Notes: generated from the sequence alone by a model not told the origin. 42,235 nt of DNA from an uncultured Flavobacteriaceae bacterium (GCA_964558965.1 CAZLGZ010000002.1:1-42235), one strand, 5' to 3'; numbered from the stretch's first letter, positions 31,000 through 41,204 are shown. Made by a program: numbers and translations.

Positions 31000-31226
31000 A
31001 CCAAATCTTTCCTCTAATATAAGGAAACCAAAAAAGGGGGTAAGCAGAAAGGTGTGAATGGTCTGTTTGTATTCTTTATTGGTAGGGCGAAAGCACCGTT
31101 AATCCGAGAAAATCCGTTAGAAAACGCACAAATCTCTCTTAATTTATGAACAATACTTATCTTACCTTCGCAACAGCTTTCGGCGGTCTAGAAACTGCCG
31201 GAGGAATCCGTAAATTTTAAGACCAG

Positions 31227-31760
31227 ATGGTATTTAGGGCGCTTCAGGAAAAATTGAAGGTTAATTCGGGACGCAAACTTCTTAAAAAGCTCATCGCCCA
31301 ACCGAAAGAACCGACCAACAGAACCAAAGGCTTACACAGCATTGGGATCATTGTTGATATGGATAACTTCCCTGAAGCGGACACCTTCTATGGTTTGCGC
31401 AACGATTTTGCGTTGCGCCCCAATGGAGTGCAGATCATTGGTTACAAAAGAGAGTACGACAAAACATCACCTTTCGGTATTCAGTTTTTTACCGATCGGG
31501 ATCTCGGTTGGAATGGCCAGATTGAAAACGGCCACGTCACTGAATTTTTAAGCCGAGAATACGATGTGTTGATCAACTACTACGAAAGAGAGACCCTGTT
31601 GCTCAAACTACTCACTTTAAGTACTACCGCCCGTCTACGTGTTGGCTTCGCTGAAGTTGACAACCGGTTAAATGACCTGATCCTGGACACCACTCTGGAA
31701 GAAATTGAGGCATTTAAACTGGAACTAAAAAAATACTTGACGGTACTTGGAGAATACTGA
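31227..31760 (+). CDS. Conserved Bacteroidota hypothetical protein (DUF6913-like)
   Basis: DLGWNG...EYDVLINYY...RVGF motif, in its usual position upstream of dapA. Confidence 0.75.
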   Translation: MVFRALQEKLKVNSGRKLLKKLIAQPKEPTNRTKGLHSIGIIVDMDNFPEADTFYGLRNDFALRPNGVQIIGYKREYDKTSPFGIQFFTDRDLGWNGQIENGHVTEFLSREYDVLINYYERETLLLKLLTLSTTARLRVGFAEVDNRLNDLILDTTLEEIEAFKLELKKYLTVLGEY

Positions 31761-32649
31761 TGCACGAGGGTGGACCGGAGTAGGTGTTGCACTAATCACC
31801 CCCTTTTTAGACAATTACAACATTGATGATCAAGCCTTGTCTCGACTGGTCGAGCATTGCATTGATGGCGGATTAGATTATTTGGTTGCCCTGGGCACTA
31901 CCGGAGAAGCGGTCACGCTTAACCGGGAAGAAAAGCAGCGGGTAATGGACATTATTCGCGAAGCCAATAAAGGGCGCTTACCACTCATGTTGGGGTATGG
32001 TGGAAACAACACCCAGCAGATGATCGAAGAACTACCACATTTCAATTTAGAAGGATACAGTGCATTTTTATCGGCCAATCCTGCTTACAATAAGCCGACA
32101 CAGGAAGGTTTACTTGCTCATTACGGCGCCTTGGTCGAAGCCGCACCTTTACCTATACTCTTATATAATGTGCCCGGTCGATCGGCTTCCAACATGGAAG
32201 CCTCTACAACGGCTGCCTTAGCCAACAGGTATCCGAGTTTGATCGGAATTAAGGAAGCTTCAGGCAATCCTTTGCAGCAGACCAAAATCGTTCGGGATGC
32301 CCGGGACTCCTTCTTGTTGATTTCGGGGGATGATATCAGTGCACCGGCGACCATTTTTGCAGGAGGAAAAGGGTTGATCAGTGTTTTGGGTCAGGCTTTG
32401 CCAAAAGAAGTAGGGGCCATGGTTCGTGCTGCACTTGACGGAGATATAGAGAAGGCCAACCGTATTCACCGAACCCTTTTGAACCTGATCGAGCTGCTCT
32501 TTGAAGAAGGAAATCCGGCCGGGGTCAAAGCCCTGCTTCAGCAATTGGGAATTGGAGGACTGCAGGTGCGTTTGCCTTTAGTGCCCGCCTCAAGTGATTT
32601 ACAAGAGCGAATCGCTGCAGAATACCAACAGATCAAGAACCTGCTCTAG
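31747..32649 (+). CDS. dapA: 4-hydroxy-tetrahydrodipicolinate synthase
   Basis: ALITPF, LGTTGE, LYNVPGR, GIKEASG and SGDD motifs. The start is uncertain (TTG 31747; see findings). Confidence 0.93.
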   Translation: MENTDARGWTGVGVALITPFLDNYNIDDQALSRLVEHCIDGGLDYLVALGTTGEAVTLNREEKQRVMDIIREANKGRLPLMLGYGGNNTQQMIEELPHFNLEGYSAFLSANPAYNKPTQEGLLAHYGALVEAAPLPILLYNVPGRSASNMEASTTAALANRYPSLIGIKEASGNPLQQTKIVRDARDSFLLISGDDISAPATIFAGGKGLISVLGQALPKEVGAMVRAALDGDIEKANRIHRTLLNLIELLFEEGNPAGVKALLQQLGIGGLQVRLPLVPASSDLQERIAAEYQQIKNLL

Positions 32650-32730
32650 GCGTTAAAGGCCTCTAAAAAAATTGCTCAGCTTGCGAAAGGAGTTTATTTT
32701 TCGCTGTATTGTTTATCTCAGGTGAAATCT

Positions 32731-32738
32731 TAACTTTG
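32731..32738 (+). promoter_or_regulatory. -7 element (TAACTTTG) 4 nt before the bamD ATG
   Basis: Exact TAnnTTTG match. The spacing implies a leaderless mRNA. Confidence 0.6.
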
Positions 32739-32742
32739 CAAA

Positions 32743-33573
32743 ATGCTTCAAAAACAAGGGTATATTCTGTTAGTCGGCTGTTTGGCCATCCTTTTGGGCT
32801 CCTGTAACGAGTACCAAAACGCTCTAAAAAGTACGGACATCAAAGAGAAGTACGAATTGGCCGAGCGCTACTACAACGAAGGAGATTTTAAAAGAGCTCA
32901 GCGCTTGTTTGAGCAGATCGCACCCAAATACCAAGGGAAACCTCAAGGGGAGCGCGTAATGTTCTTTTTGTCGTCTACCCAATTTAAGAACCGATCCTAC
33001 TATTTGTCAGGTTATTCTTTTGAACGCTTTTTGAAGTCCTACCCGAATTCAGACAAGAAGCAGGAAGCGGCTTTCTACACGGCGAAGAGTTACTATATGC
33101 TTTCGCCAAAGTATTCTTTGGACCAGACCGACACGGACAAGGCCCTGTCTAAATTGCAGGACTTTATCAACGGTTTCCCGGAATCGGAATACTTTAATGA
33201 AGCCAATGAAATGGCGTTGGAGTTGACGCGTAAAAAAGAACAAAAGGCCTTTGAAATTGCGAAGCAGTTTGATCGATTGGGGGAATTTAACCTTCCTCTC
33301 TTGATCTCTTCTATTACCGCCATGGATAACTTCTTGATCGAACACCCTGGTTCAGAGTTTAGAGAAGACGCCTACTACTACAAACTTAAATCAGCGACTA
33401 TCCTCGCTTTGAATAGTACGATTCAAAAAAAGGAAGAGCGCATAAACGAAGCCAAGGAGGCTCATCGTTTACTATTTAAATATTTTCCGGAAACAAAATA
33501 CTCCAAGGAGGCACAAGCCCATTTGGAATCTCTGGAAAAGGAACAAGAGTTAGTTACTAATTTGTCGAAATAA
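32743..33573 (+). CDS. bamD: Outer membrane protein assembly factor BamD
   Basis: Lipobox LGS-C, TPR-like repeats (YPNS, FPES, HPGS) and SLDQTDT, in a dapA-bamD-rpoZ-coaBC context. Confidence 0.9.
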   Translation: MLQKQGYILLVGCLAILLGSCNEYQNALKSTDIKEKYELAERYYNEGDFKRAQRLFEQIAPKYQGKPQGERVMFFLSSTQFKNRSYYLSGYSFERFLKSYPNSDKKQEAAFYTAKSYYMLSPKYSLDQTDTDKALSKLQDFINGFPESEYFNEANEMALELTRKKEQKAFEIAKQFDRLGEFNLPLLISSITAMDNFLIEHPGSEFREDAYYYKLKSATILALNSTIQKKEERINEAKEAHRLLFKYFPETKYSKEAQAHLESLEKEQELVTNLSK

Positions 33574-33575
33574 GT

Positions 33576-33902
33576 ATGATTGATTTAAAGTCATCACAAG
33601 CACCGGTCTCAACCATTACCTTTAACCGTAACGAGTTTGATGCTCCTACAGAGAACATCTATGAGGCTATTTCCATTACTGCCAAAAGAGCCATTCAGAT
33701 CAATTCTGAGATTAAAAAGGAGTTGCTTGAAAAATTAGAAGAGTTTGCTACCTACAGCGACAGCCTGGAAGAGGTATTCGAAAACAAAGAGCAAATCGAA
33801 GTTTCTAAGTTTTACGAAAAACTACCTAAGCCACACGCCTTGGCCATTGAAGAATGGTTGAACGACAAGATTTACCACCGCAATACAGAGAAAGACGAGT
33901 AA
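33576..33902 (+). CDS. rpoZ: RNA polymerase omega subunit (Bacteroidota type)
   Basis: NIYEAISITAKRAIQIN...EVFENKEQIEVSKFYEKLPKP, directly before coaBC. Confidence 0.9.
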   Translation: MIDLKSSQAPVSTITFNRNEFDAPTENIYEAISITAKRAIQINSEIKKELLEKLEEFATYSDSLEEVFENKEQIEVSKFYEKLPKPHALAIEEWLNDKIYHRNTEKDE

Positions 33903-35111
33903 ATGCTCCGGTCTAAACGGATACTCGTTGGGGTCACGGCTGGAATAGCGGCTTACAAGATTCCATTTCTTATCCGTCTCTTAATTAAGGAAGGGGCAGA
34001 GGTCCAGGTGGTGATGAGCAAAGCTGCTGCTGAGTTCGTTGCACCGATTACTTTGGCGACCCTTTCCAAAAACCCGGTACATACCGACTTCATCAATGAA
34101 GAAGAAGGCAAGATCGACTGGAACAACCACGTCGAGCTGGGCCTTTGGGCTGATTTGATGATCGTTGCCCCAGCTACGGCAAACACCTTAGCTAAGATGG
34201 CCAACGGTCAATGCGATAATTTGCTATTGGCTACTTATTTTTCTGCCAAATGCAGGGTCTTCTTTGCCCCAGCCATGGATTTGGACATGTATGCCCATCC
34301 CACGGCTCAGGCTTCTATTAAAAAGCTCAAGTCTTTTGGAAATATCGAGATCCCGGCCGAGGAAGGGGAACTCGCCAGTGGTCTAGAAGGCAAAGGCCGT
34401 ATGGCTGAACCCGAAACTATGATTTCCCGTATTAAGACCCATTTAGCGTCAGAGGCACCTTTACGCAATCAAACGGTTCTCTTGACCGCCGGACCGACGC
34501 GGGAACCCATTGATCCGGTCCGTTTTTTGAGTAACCGGAGTACGGGCACCATGGGTTATGCTTTAGCAGTAGAAGCCGCAAAAAGAGGGGCTCGTGTCAT
34601 TTTGGTCAGTGGACCCTCGAGCTTGCCCAATCCCGATCCTTCGATTGAACTTATTCGGGTCGAAACAGCAGCGGAGATGCTAGAGCAGTGTTTAAAGCAC
34701 TTTGACGCTTCAACCGTTTTTATTGCCTCTGCCGCAGTTGCAGATTACCGTCCGGAACAAGTACACGATCAAAAGGTCAAAAAGAAAGCCGGAGACTGGT
34801 CTATTGGACTGGAGCGTACAGCCGATATCCTTAAAACCCTTTCGGAACAAAAATCCAATCAATTTTTGGTGGGATTCGCTCTGGAAAGTGAAAATGGCTT
34901 AGAAAATGCTCAAGCTAAGCTCGAGCGTAAGAACCTGGATGCAATTGTTTTAAACACTTTGGAAGACGCCGGTGCCGGATTTGGGGCCGGAACCAACAAA
35001 GTCACCTTTTTGGATAACAAAAAGAGGCAAATTCCGTTCGAATTGAAGCCAAAGGCCGCCGTGGCCAAGGACATTTGGAACGAAATTCAAAAGAGACTCG
35101 ATGAAAATTAG
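33903..35111 (+). CDS. coaBC: Phosphopantothenoylcysteine decarboxylase/phosphopantothenate-cysteine ligase
   Basis: GIAAYK, APATAN, APAMD, TAGPTREPIDPVRFLSNRSTGTMG and VGFALE motifs. Confidence 0.97.
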   Translation: MLRSKRILVGVTAGIAAYKIPFLIRLLIKEGAEVQVVMSKAAAEFVAPITLATLSKNPVHTDFINEEEGKIDWNNHVELGLWADLMIVAPATANTLAKMANGQCDNLLLATYFSAKCRVFFAPAMDLDMYAHPTAQASIKKLKSFGNIEIPAEEGELASGLEGKGRMAEPETMISRIKTHLASEAPLRNQTVLLTAGPTREPIDPVRFLSNRSTGTMGYALAVEAAKRGARVILVSGPSSLPNPDPSIELIRVETAAEMLEQCLKHFDASTVFIASAAVADYRPEQVHDQKVKKKAGDWSIGLERTADILKTLSEQKSNQFLVGFALESENGLENAQAKLERKNLDAIVLNTLEDAGAGFGAGTNKVTFLDNKKRQIPFELKPKAAVAKDIWNEIQKRLDEN

Positions 35112-36000
35112 CGTCCGTTTTACTCTACTTCTCGTGGCTTTATTGGTCATCAACACGACCAATGCGCAGGAACTCAATTGTTTGATAACGGTTAATTCTG
35201 ATCAGGTTAGCCAAACCAACCAACAGGTCTTCAAGACACTAGAGCGCTCCCTTACGGATTTTGTAAACAAGACGAAGTGGACCAACCGCCCCTATAAAGA
35301 ACAGGAACGCTTAGAGGCCCGAATCTTTATCAACGTTACGGCTTATGATTCGGATCGCTTCCAAGCCAGTATCCAATTGCAGAGTAACCGACCGGTCTAC
35401 AATACCTCGTATCAAAGTCCCATTTTAAATTACCGGGATGGGAATTTCAATTTCCGTTACCAGGAATTTGAACCCTTGGTGTATAACCCGAATAACCTAG
35501 AATCCAACCTGATCGCTGTGGTTTCTTATTACGTCTACATCATGTTAGGTCTAGACGCAGATACCTTTAGTCTGCAAGGAGGAGATCCTTATTACCGTCA
35601 AGCACAGCGAATTGTCACTCAGGCACAAGGAAACGGTCTCGCCGGTTGGCAGCAAGAAACGGGATCACGCACTCGTTTTGAATTGGTCGATAATTTGTTG
35701 TCAAACACCTTCAGAGAATACCGCATCGCTCTTTATAATTACCACCGCAAGGGGTTGGATATCATGGCCGATAACAACAGCACCGGGAAGCAGGTAATTG
35801 CCGGAAGTATTCGGCTTTTTGAAACCTTGATCAAAAGAAGACCAAACGCCTTTTTGATTCAGACATTCTTTGACGCCAAGTCAGAGGAAATTCGAAGTAT
35901 TTTTTCGGATGGGCCTCAGGTAGACTTGGTCCGATTGACCGAAACCCTGAATCGGGTAGCTCCATTTTACTCGGATACCTGGAAGAAAATCTCCAAATAA
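35101..36000 (+). CDS. DUF4835 family secreted protein (PorD-like, T9SS-associated)
   Basis: Signal peptide ending AQELNC, RPVYNTSY and YHRKGLD motifs, lying between coaBC and recN. Confidence 0.8.
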   Translation: MKISVRFTLLLVALLVINTTNAQELNCLITVNSDQVSQTNQQVFKTLERSLTDFVNKTKWTNRPYKEQERLEARIFINVTAYDSDRFQASIQLQSNRPVYNTSYQSPILNYRDGNFNFRYQEFEPLVYNPNNLESNLIAVVSYYVYIMLGLDADTFSLQGGDPYYRQAQRIVTQAQGNGLAGWQQETGSRTRFELVDNLLSNTFREYRIALYNYHRKGLDIMADNNSTGKQVIAGSIRLFETLIKRRPNAFLIQTFFDAKSEEIRSIFSDGPQVDLVRLTETLNRVAPFYSDTWKKISK

Positions 36001-36062
36001 TTTTTCGTCCCTGACGACCTTTTTCAGTCGCTTGTTGTAAGTTGTAATTCTTCAGACTCTTT

Positions 36063-36070
36063 TATCTTTG
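36063..36070 (+). promoter_or_regulatory. -7 element (TATCTTTG) of recN
   Basis: Exact TAnnTTTG match 20 nt before the GTG. Confidence 0.55.
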
Positions 36071-36090
36071 AAGACTAAACTTAGCGAAGC

Positions 36091-37764
36091 GTGTTGCATT
36101 CTTTGTCCATCTCGAATTATGCCTTGATTGATTCTCTGGAATTGGATTGGGAACAGGGCTTGACGACCCTAACCGGGGAAACAGGCTCAGGTAAGTCCAT
36201 TTTACTAGGCGCCCTTTCTTTGGTTTTAGGGAAGCGGGCAGACACCTCTGTTTTAAGAGATCCAGGCAAGAAATGCATCATTGAAGCCAGCTTTAAGATT
36301 GGTCATTTACCACTGCAGTCACTTTTTGAAGAAAACGACTGGGATTGGGAGGACATTAGTCAACTTCGACGCGAAATCCTTCCTTCCGGAAAATCCCGCG
36401 CCTTTATCAATGATACACCGGCACCCATTCAGCAAATACAACAGCTCAGCGTTCACCTGATTGACATCCACTCCCAACACCAGAGTTTGGATTTGTTTTC
36501 TAAAGACTATCAGCGTCAGGTACTCGATGTATTCGCCGGAAACCTCCCCACCTTGACCGCTTACCAAGCCGAATACCGGAAGTTTAAGGCCTTGCAAAAA
36601 GAGTTGGAGGAAAAGCGACTTCAGCGACAAGAAAAAATACAAGAAGAAGATTACAAGAGCTTCTTGCTCAAAGAATTGGAAGAGGCTAATTTGGATCAGG
36701 CCGATCCATCGGCATGGGAGGAAGAGTACGAACTGCTCAGTAGTCAGGAGAGAATCAGCGAGATTCTCTCGGGTCTTCAGCAACTATTGCAGCACGAAGG
36801 CAGTGGCGTCTTGGATCAAATGGCCCAGTATAAAGGAGCGCTCCATAGCTTGACTTCTTTGGGTAAGCGTTTTGAAGAACTCGCTCAACGTTTCGAATCT
36901 TCTTATATAGAATTGGATGATTTGGCCGTAGAGGCCGAGAATCAACTCAATCAACTGGAAGGTGATCCTGGGCGCCAACAATGGCTAAGCGAGAGGTTGC
37001 AATTGCTCTTAGATTTGCAGCGGAAGCACTTGGTGGATGATGTTGCGGCCCTTGTCGAGAAGCGAGATGCCTTGGCTACCGAGCTGGACGATACGGCTCA
37101 TTTGGATCAGCGGATTGAAGCGCTGGAAGGGTTGATTGAAGAAGCGAAGACACGTCTCGAAAATCTGGCGACTCAGCTGACTGAGCAGAGACAAACCGTG
37201 GTGCCCCAACTCAAGCAGAAGCTAAGCGAGGACTTGAGTTTATTGGGTATGCCCTCTGCGCAGTTTAAGGTTGAGTTTCATGCGAGTGATGACTTCTTGG
37301 CTGGTGGAAAAGAAGAAATTGAATGGCTGTTCTCGGCCAATGTCGGAGGAGATTTCGGCAGTCTAAAAAAGGTAGCCTCTGGCGGAGAACTTTCCAGAAT
37401 TATGCTGGTGGTCAAGGCCCTATTAGCTGAACATCAACAATTACCTACCCTGATCTTCGATGAAATTGACACGGGAGTTTCTGGCGAGATTGCCGATCAG
37501 ATGGGGCGTATCATGAAAACCATGTCGCGTTTTATGCAAATTATTGTGATTACCCACTTGCCTCAAGTAGCGGCTAAAGGTCAGCAACACCTCAAGGTCT
37601 ATAAGCGGGAATCAGGAGGAGAAACCTTCACGGGCGTGGAAGTTCTTGGGCGTGAAGAACGTTTGCAGGAGTTGGCCTCCATGATTAGTGGCAAAGACAG
37701 AAGCGAAACAGCTCTTCGTCACGCAGAAGAATTACTTGCGACTCAGGACTCCGTCGACCGTTGA
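36091..37764 (+). CDS. recN: DNA repair protein RecN
   Basis: TGETGSGKS Walker A, long coiled coil, ASGGELSR, LIFDEIDTG and ITHLPQVAA. Confidence 0.96.
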   Translation: MLHSLSISNYALIDSLELDWEQGLTTLTGETGSGKSILLGALSLVLGKRADTSVLRDPGKKCIIEASFKIGHLPLQSLFEENDWDWEDISQLRREILPSGKSRAFINDTPAPIQQIQQLSVHLIDIHSQHQSLDLFSKDYQRQVLDVFAGNLPTLTAYQAEYRKFKALQKELEEKRLQRQEKIQEEDYKSFLLKELEEANLDQADPSAWEEEYELLSSQERISEILSGLQQLLQHEGSGVLDQMAQYKGALHSLTSLGKRFEELAQRFESSYIELDDLAVEAENQLNQLEGDPGRQQWLSERLQLLLDLQRKHLVDDVAALVEKRDALATELDDTAHLDQRIEALEGLIEEAKTRLENLATQLTEQRQTVVPQLKQKLSEDLSLLGMPSAQFKVEFHASDDFLAGGKEEIEWLFSANVGGDFGSLKKVASGGELSRIMLVVKALLAEHQQLPTLIFDEIDTGVSGEIADQMGRIMKTMSRFMQIIVITHLPQVAAKGQQHLKVYKRESGGETFTGVEVLGREERLQELASMISGKDRSETALRHAEELLATQDSVDR

Positions 37765-37803
37765 ATTTAGATATCTTTACGGCTCAAAATTGAGAATTAC
37801 ACT

Positions 37804-38619
37804 ATGGCAAATCAATTATTATCGGGAAAGAAAGGGATCATTTTTGGAGCGCTTGACGAAAATTCCATCGCCTGGAAAACTGCTGAACGCGTTTTCGAAG
37901 AAGGGGGTCAGTTTGTGTTGACCAATGCGCCTATCGCCATGCGCATGGGTAAAATCAACGAATTGGCAGAAAAAACCAACTCCATTGGCATTCCTGCTGA
38001 TGCGACGAGCGAAGAGGACTTGGCCCAGCTGGTTGAGCAAGCTACGGAGCATTTGGGAGGTAAATTGGATTTCGTATTGCACTCTATCGGTATGTCGGTA
38101 AACGTGCGAAAGGGGAGAGCTTATACCGATGAGAAATATGACTTTACAGCCAAAGGATGGGATGTATCCGCTTTGTCTTTTCACAAAGTGATGCAATCCC
38201 TTTACAAGGCCGATGCCATGAATGAGTGGGGGAGTATTGTAGCCCTGACCTATATGGCTGCTCAGCGTACCTTCCCGGACTACAATGATATGGCCGATAA
38301 CAAAGCCTACCTGGAATCAGTAGCCAGAAGTTTTGGTTACTTCTTCGGCAAAGAAAAGAAGGTTCGCGTGAATACTATTTCACAAAGCCCGACTCCGACT
38401 ACAGCTGGTCAAGGAGTAAAAGGATTTGATGCTTTTATCAATTATGCCGAAAAAATGTCTCCACTAGGAAATGCTACGGCAGCGGAGTGCGCGGATTATA
38501 CGGTGAGTCTCTTCTCTGATTTGACCCGCAAGGTGACCATGCAAAACTTATTTCATGACGGTGGTTTCTCCAATACAGGAGTGAGCCAGGAAGTAGTCGA
38601 TATTTTCGCTGATTCATGA
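37804..38619 (+). CDS. fabI: Enoyl-ACP reductase
   Basis: GKKGIIFGALDENSIAW, LHSIGM, YNDMADNK (YxxMxxxK) and HDGG. Confidence 0.92.
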   Translation: MANQLLSGKKGIIFGALDENSIAWKTAERVFEEGGQFVLTNAPIAMRMGKINELAEKTNSIGIPADATSEEDLAQLVEQATEHLGGKLDFVLHSIGMSVNVRKGRAYTDEKYDFTAKGWDVSALSFHKVMQSLYKADAMNEWGSIVALTYMAAQRTFPDYNDMADNKAYLESVARSFGYFFGKEKKVRVNTISQSPTPTTAGQGVKGFDAFINYAEKMSPLGNATAAECADYTVSLFSDLTRKVTMQNLFHDGGFSNTGVSQEVVDIFADS

Positions 38620-39641
38620 GTGCCCGCCGGTACTCAATTGTAATTCCGGTATACAACCGTCCAGAAGAGTTATTAGAACTACTGAAGAGCCTGGAGGTGC
38701 AGGAGTCACCTCCATGGTTCGAGGTGGTGGTCATCGAAGATGGCTCCACCAAAGATGCTCGGCGGATAGCCGAGTCCTTCCAATCCAAATTTCCAGTCCA
38801 ATACCATTTTAAAGAGAACACCGGCCCGGGGGACTCCCGCAATTTTGGGATGTCCAAAGCCGAAGGGGATTACTTTATCATTCTGGATTCTGACTGCATT
38901 CTTCCTCCGAAATACCTGAAGGAAATCGAAAGAGAGTTGACTGCGGACTATTGTCCTTTGTTCGGAGGGCCAGACCGGGCACGAAAAGATTTTAATTCCT
39001 GGCAAAAGGCGGTGAGCTACAGCATGACAAGCCCCTTGAGCACTGGAGGAATCCGGGGTCGGAAGAAAAGTGTTGGTCGCTTTCAGCCCAGAAGCTTCAA
39101 CATGGGTATTTCATCCGAATTATTCCGTGAAACGGGTGGGTTTGGAGACCTTCATCCGGGAGAAGATCCTGATTTGAGTTTGAGAATATTCCATAAAGGG
39201 CATCAAAGTCGCCTGTTTCCGGACGCCTTTGTCTACCATAAACGCCGAATCGACACCGAGGGGTTTTTAAAGCAAGTCTATCTCTTTGGTCTGGCCCGTC
39301 CCTTACTAAGTCAATGGCACCCTGCTTCAGCGAGACTTGTTTTTTGGCTACCGAGTATGTACCTCTTGGGAGGGGTGACTGCTATGATCCTGGCTCTGCT
39401 TGGATTCTACGGGCCACTTTATCTGGTGATTGGATACGGCTTGGCTGTTTTTGTTCACGCATTGGCCACAACCAGCTCTCTAAAGATTGCTTTGCAGTCT
39501 GTTTACGCGGTGAATGCCCAGTTGATTGGGTACGGCTGGGGGTTTTTAAAATCCAAATTCTTACTTACATTTAGAAAAGAAAGCCCAGAGCACCTATTGC
39601 CTGAGCTTTTTCGATTCAAAAAGAGAGAAGGTGCTAAATAA
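38616..39641 (+). CDS. GT2 family glycosyltransferase with C-terminal TM segments
   Basis: SIVIPVYN, EDGS, GPGDSRN, LDSD and GED motifs. Confidence 0.9.
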   Translation: MSARRYSIVIPVYNRPEELLELLKSLEVQESPPWFEVVVIEDGSTKDARRIAESFQSKFPVQYHFKENTGPGDSRNFGMSKAEGDYFIILDSDCILPPKYLKEIERELTADYCPLFGGPDRARKDFNSWQKAVSYSMTSPLSTGGIRGRKKSVGRFQPRSFNMGISSELFRETGGFGDLHPGEDPDLSLRIFHKGHQSRLFPDAFVYHKRRIDTEGFLKQVYLFGLARPLLSQWHPASARLVFWLPSMYLLGGVTAMILALLGFYGPLYLVIGYGLAVFVHALATTSSLKIALQSVYAVNAQLIGYGWGFLKSKFLLTFRKESPEHLLPELFRFKKREGAK

Positions 39642-40596
39642 AATTAAAGAAGGAATCAACCAGCGAAAAGCACGCATGTTTTCGGTCTTTTTGGCCTGCT
39701 CCTTTATGATTTGGCTGGTGAGTAATCTCTCCGAGACTTACGAATCACGAGCACTTTTTGACTTGAATTTTGAAAGCTTACCGGAAGGAGTGGCTCTAGA
39801 GAAGGGCTTACAGCAAGAACTTCGACTTAAGCTGAGGGCCTCGGGTTTTCGGTTTTTAACGGGGAGTTTTGGGCAGCAAGAACTTAAGATTAATCTCAGT
39901 GGGTTAACAGAGCAAGAGGGTCTGTATTACCTGACCAGAACCGAACTCAGTGCACAAATTGAAAAGCAGCTGACGAATTCCGTTTCTCTTTTAGAGCTAG
40001 AGCTTGACAACGATACGCTGTTTATCGGGGCTTATCCGCTCATCCGCAAGACAGTGCCCATTCGCCCCAACCTTGAACTTTCGGTTACTCAGAATTACCG
40101 TTTGTACGGAGAGGTGGTGGTCATACCGGATTCAGTCGAAATTGAAGGTCCAGCCAGCGAGCTCAATCAAACAACTGAGATAGCAACCCAGCGAATTATC
40201 CTCGAGAATATTTCGGATGATTTTTCAGAAAAGAGCCTCTTGTTGCATCCTGAACTTCTGGTCAACAGCAAGCTCTCGGTGTCTACGGTCTTAGTGAAGG
40301 GTGAGATTGATCGTTTTTCGGAGCAAGAAATTAAGGTTGATATCAGTCGAAAAGGTATACCCGATAGTGTGGCCATTCAATTGTTACCCACACAGGTGTC
40401 GCTCATTCGTCGTGGTCGCCCCGAGAATCTTAAGAAATTAGAGGCCAGTGATTTTGAGGTAGAAACCTTTATTTCTGATGTTAGTCAAATTGGAACAGCA
40501 AGCAGTCTGGCTCTGCGCCTGACCAAACAGCCAGACAGTATTTTATCTGTCCGCATCACTCCGGCACGTGTACGGGTGATTCGCAATTCTCAGTAA
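39631..40596 (+). CDS. YbbR/CdaR-like membrane-anchored protein
   Basis: N-terminal TM, repeated beta-rich units (PDSVEIEGP, PTQVSL, PARVRV), lying before coaE. Confidence 0.75.
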   Translation: MLNKIKEGINQRKARMFSVFLACSFMIWLVSNLSETYESRALFDLNFESLPEGVALEKGLQQELRLKLRASGFRFLTGSFGQQELKINLSGLTEQEGLYYLTRTELSAQIEKQLTNSVSLLELELDNDTLFIGAYPLIRKTVPIRPNLELSVTQNYRLYGEVVVIPDSVEIEGPASELNQTTEIATQRIILENISDDFSEKSLLLHPELLVNSKLSVSTVLVKGEIDRFSEQEIKVDISRKGIPDSVAIQLLPTQVSLIRRGRPENLKKLEASDFEVETFISDVSQIGTASSLALRLTKQPDSILSVRITPARVRVIRNSQ

Positions 40597-40607
40597 GCTT
40601 TTTCATC

Positions 40608-41204
40608 ATGTACATTATTGGACTTACGGGAGGCATTGGTAGTGGAAAGTCCACCATTGCTCACTTCTTTAAAGAGTTGGGAGTACCTGTTTACGATTCA
40701 GATGCCGAAGCCAAAGCCCTTATGCATGATTCTGTGTCTTTGCGATCAGCCCTTATAAAGGAGTTTGGAAAGGAGGTTTATTCGGGTGAAAGCTTAAACA
40801 AAACCTGGCTGGCTCAGCGCGTCTTTAGAGACGAAAAAGCCCTGGAAAAACTAAATTCTTTGGTGCATCCGGCTGTGCGTGAGCACTTTTTGAGCTGGGT
40901 GAAATCCCAGGATTATCCTTATGTGATTCAGGAAACAGCCTTAATTTTTGAAAATGAAGCCGCGGATCGATACAGCGAAACCCTCTTGGTTGTGGCTCCT
41001 GAAGATGTTCGTATACAGAGAGTTATAAGTAGAAACGGCTGGACAGAAGAGGGGGTAAGGGAGCGGATGAATGCCCAATTACCCGATCAGGTGAAAAGAG
41101 AACTAGCTGATGCAGTCATCGAAAACCTCGACCTCGAAGTAAGCCGTTCTCGGGTGGAACAATTACATAGGTACTACCTGCAGCAGGCGACGAAATCCCG
41201 ATAA
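40608..41204 (+). CDS. coaE: Dephospho-CoA kinase
   Basis: IIGLTGGIGSGKST, LNSLVHPAV and RMNAQ motifs. Confidence 0.96.
   Translation: MYIIGLTGGIGSGKSTIAHFFKELGVPVYDSDAEAKALMHDSVSLRSALIKEFGKEVYSGESLNKTWLAQRVFRDEKALEKLNSLVHPAVREHFLSWVKSQDYPYVIQETALIFENEAADRYSETLLVVAPEDVRIQRVISRNGWTEEGVRERMNAQLPDQVKRELADAVIENLDLEVSRSRVEQLHRYYLQQATKSR

Noticed and set aside
39631-40596. c-di-AMP module suggested by the YbbR-like gene
   Set aside because: There is no diadenylate cyclase in the window, and the YbbR-like/coaE pairing is ordinary in this phylum.
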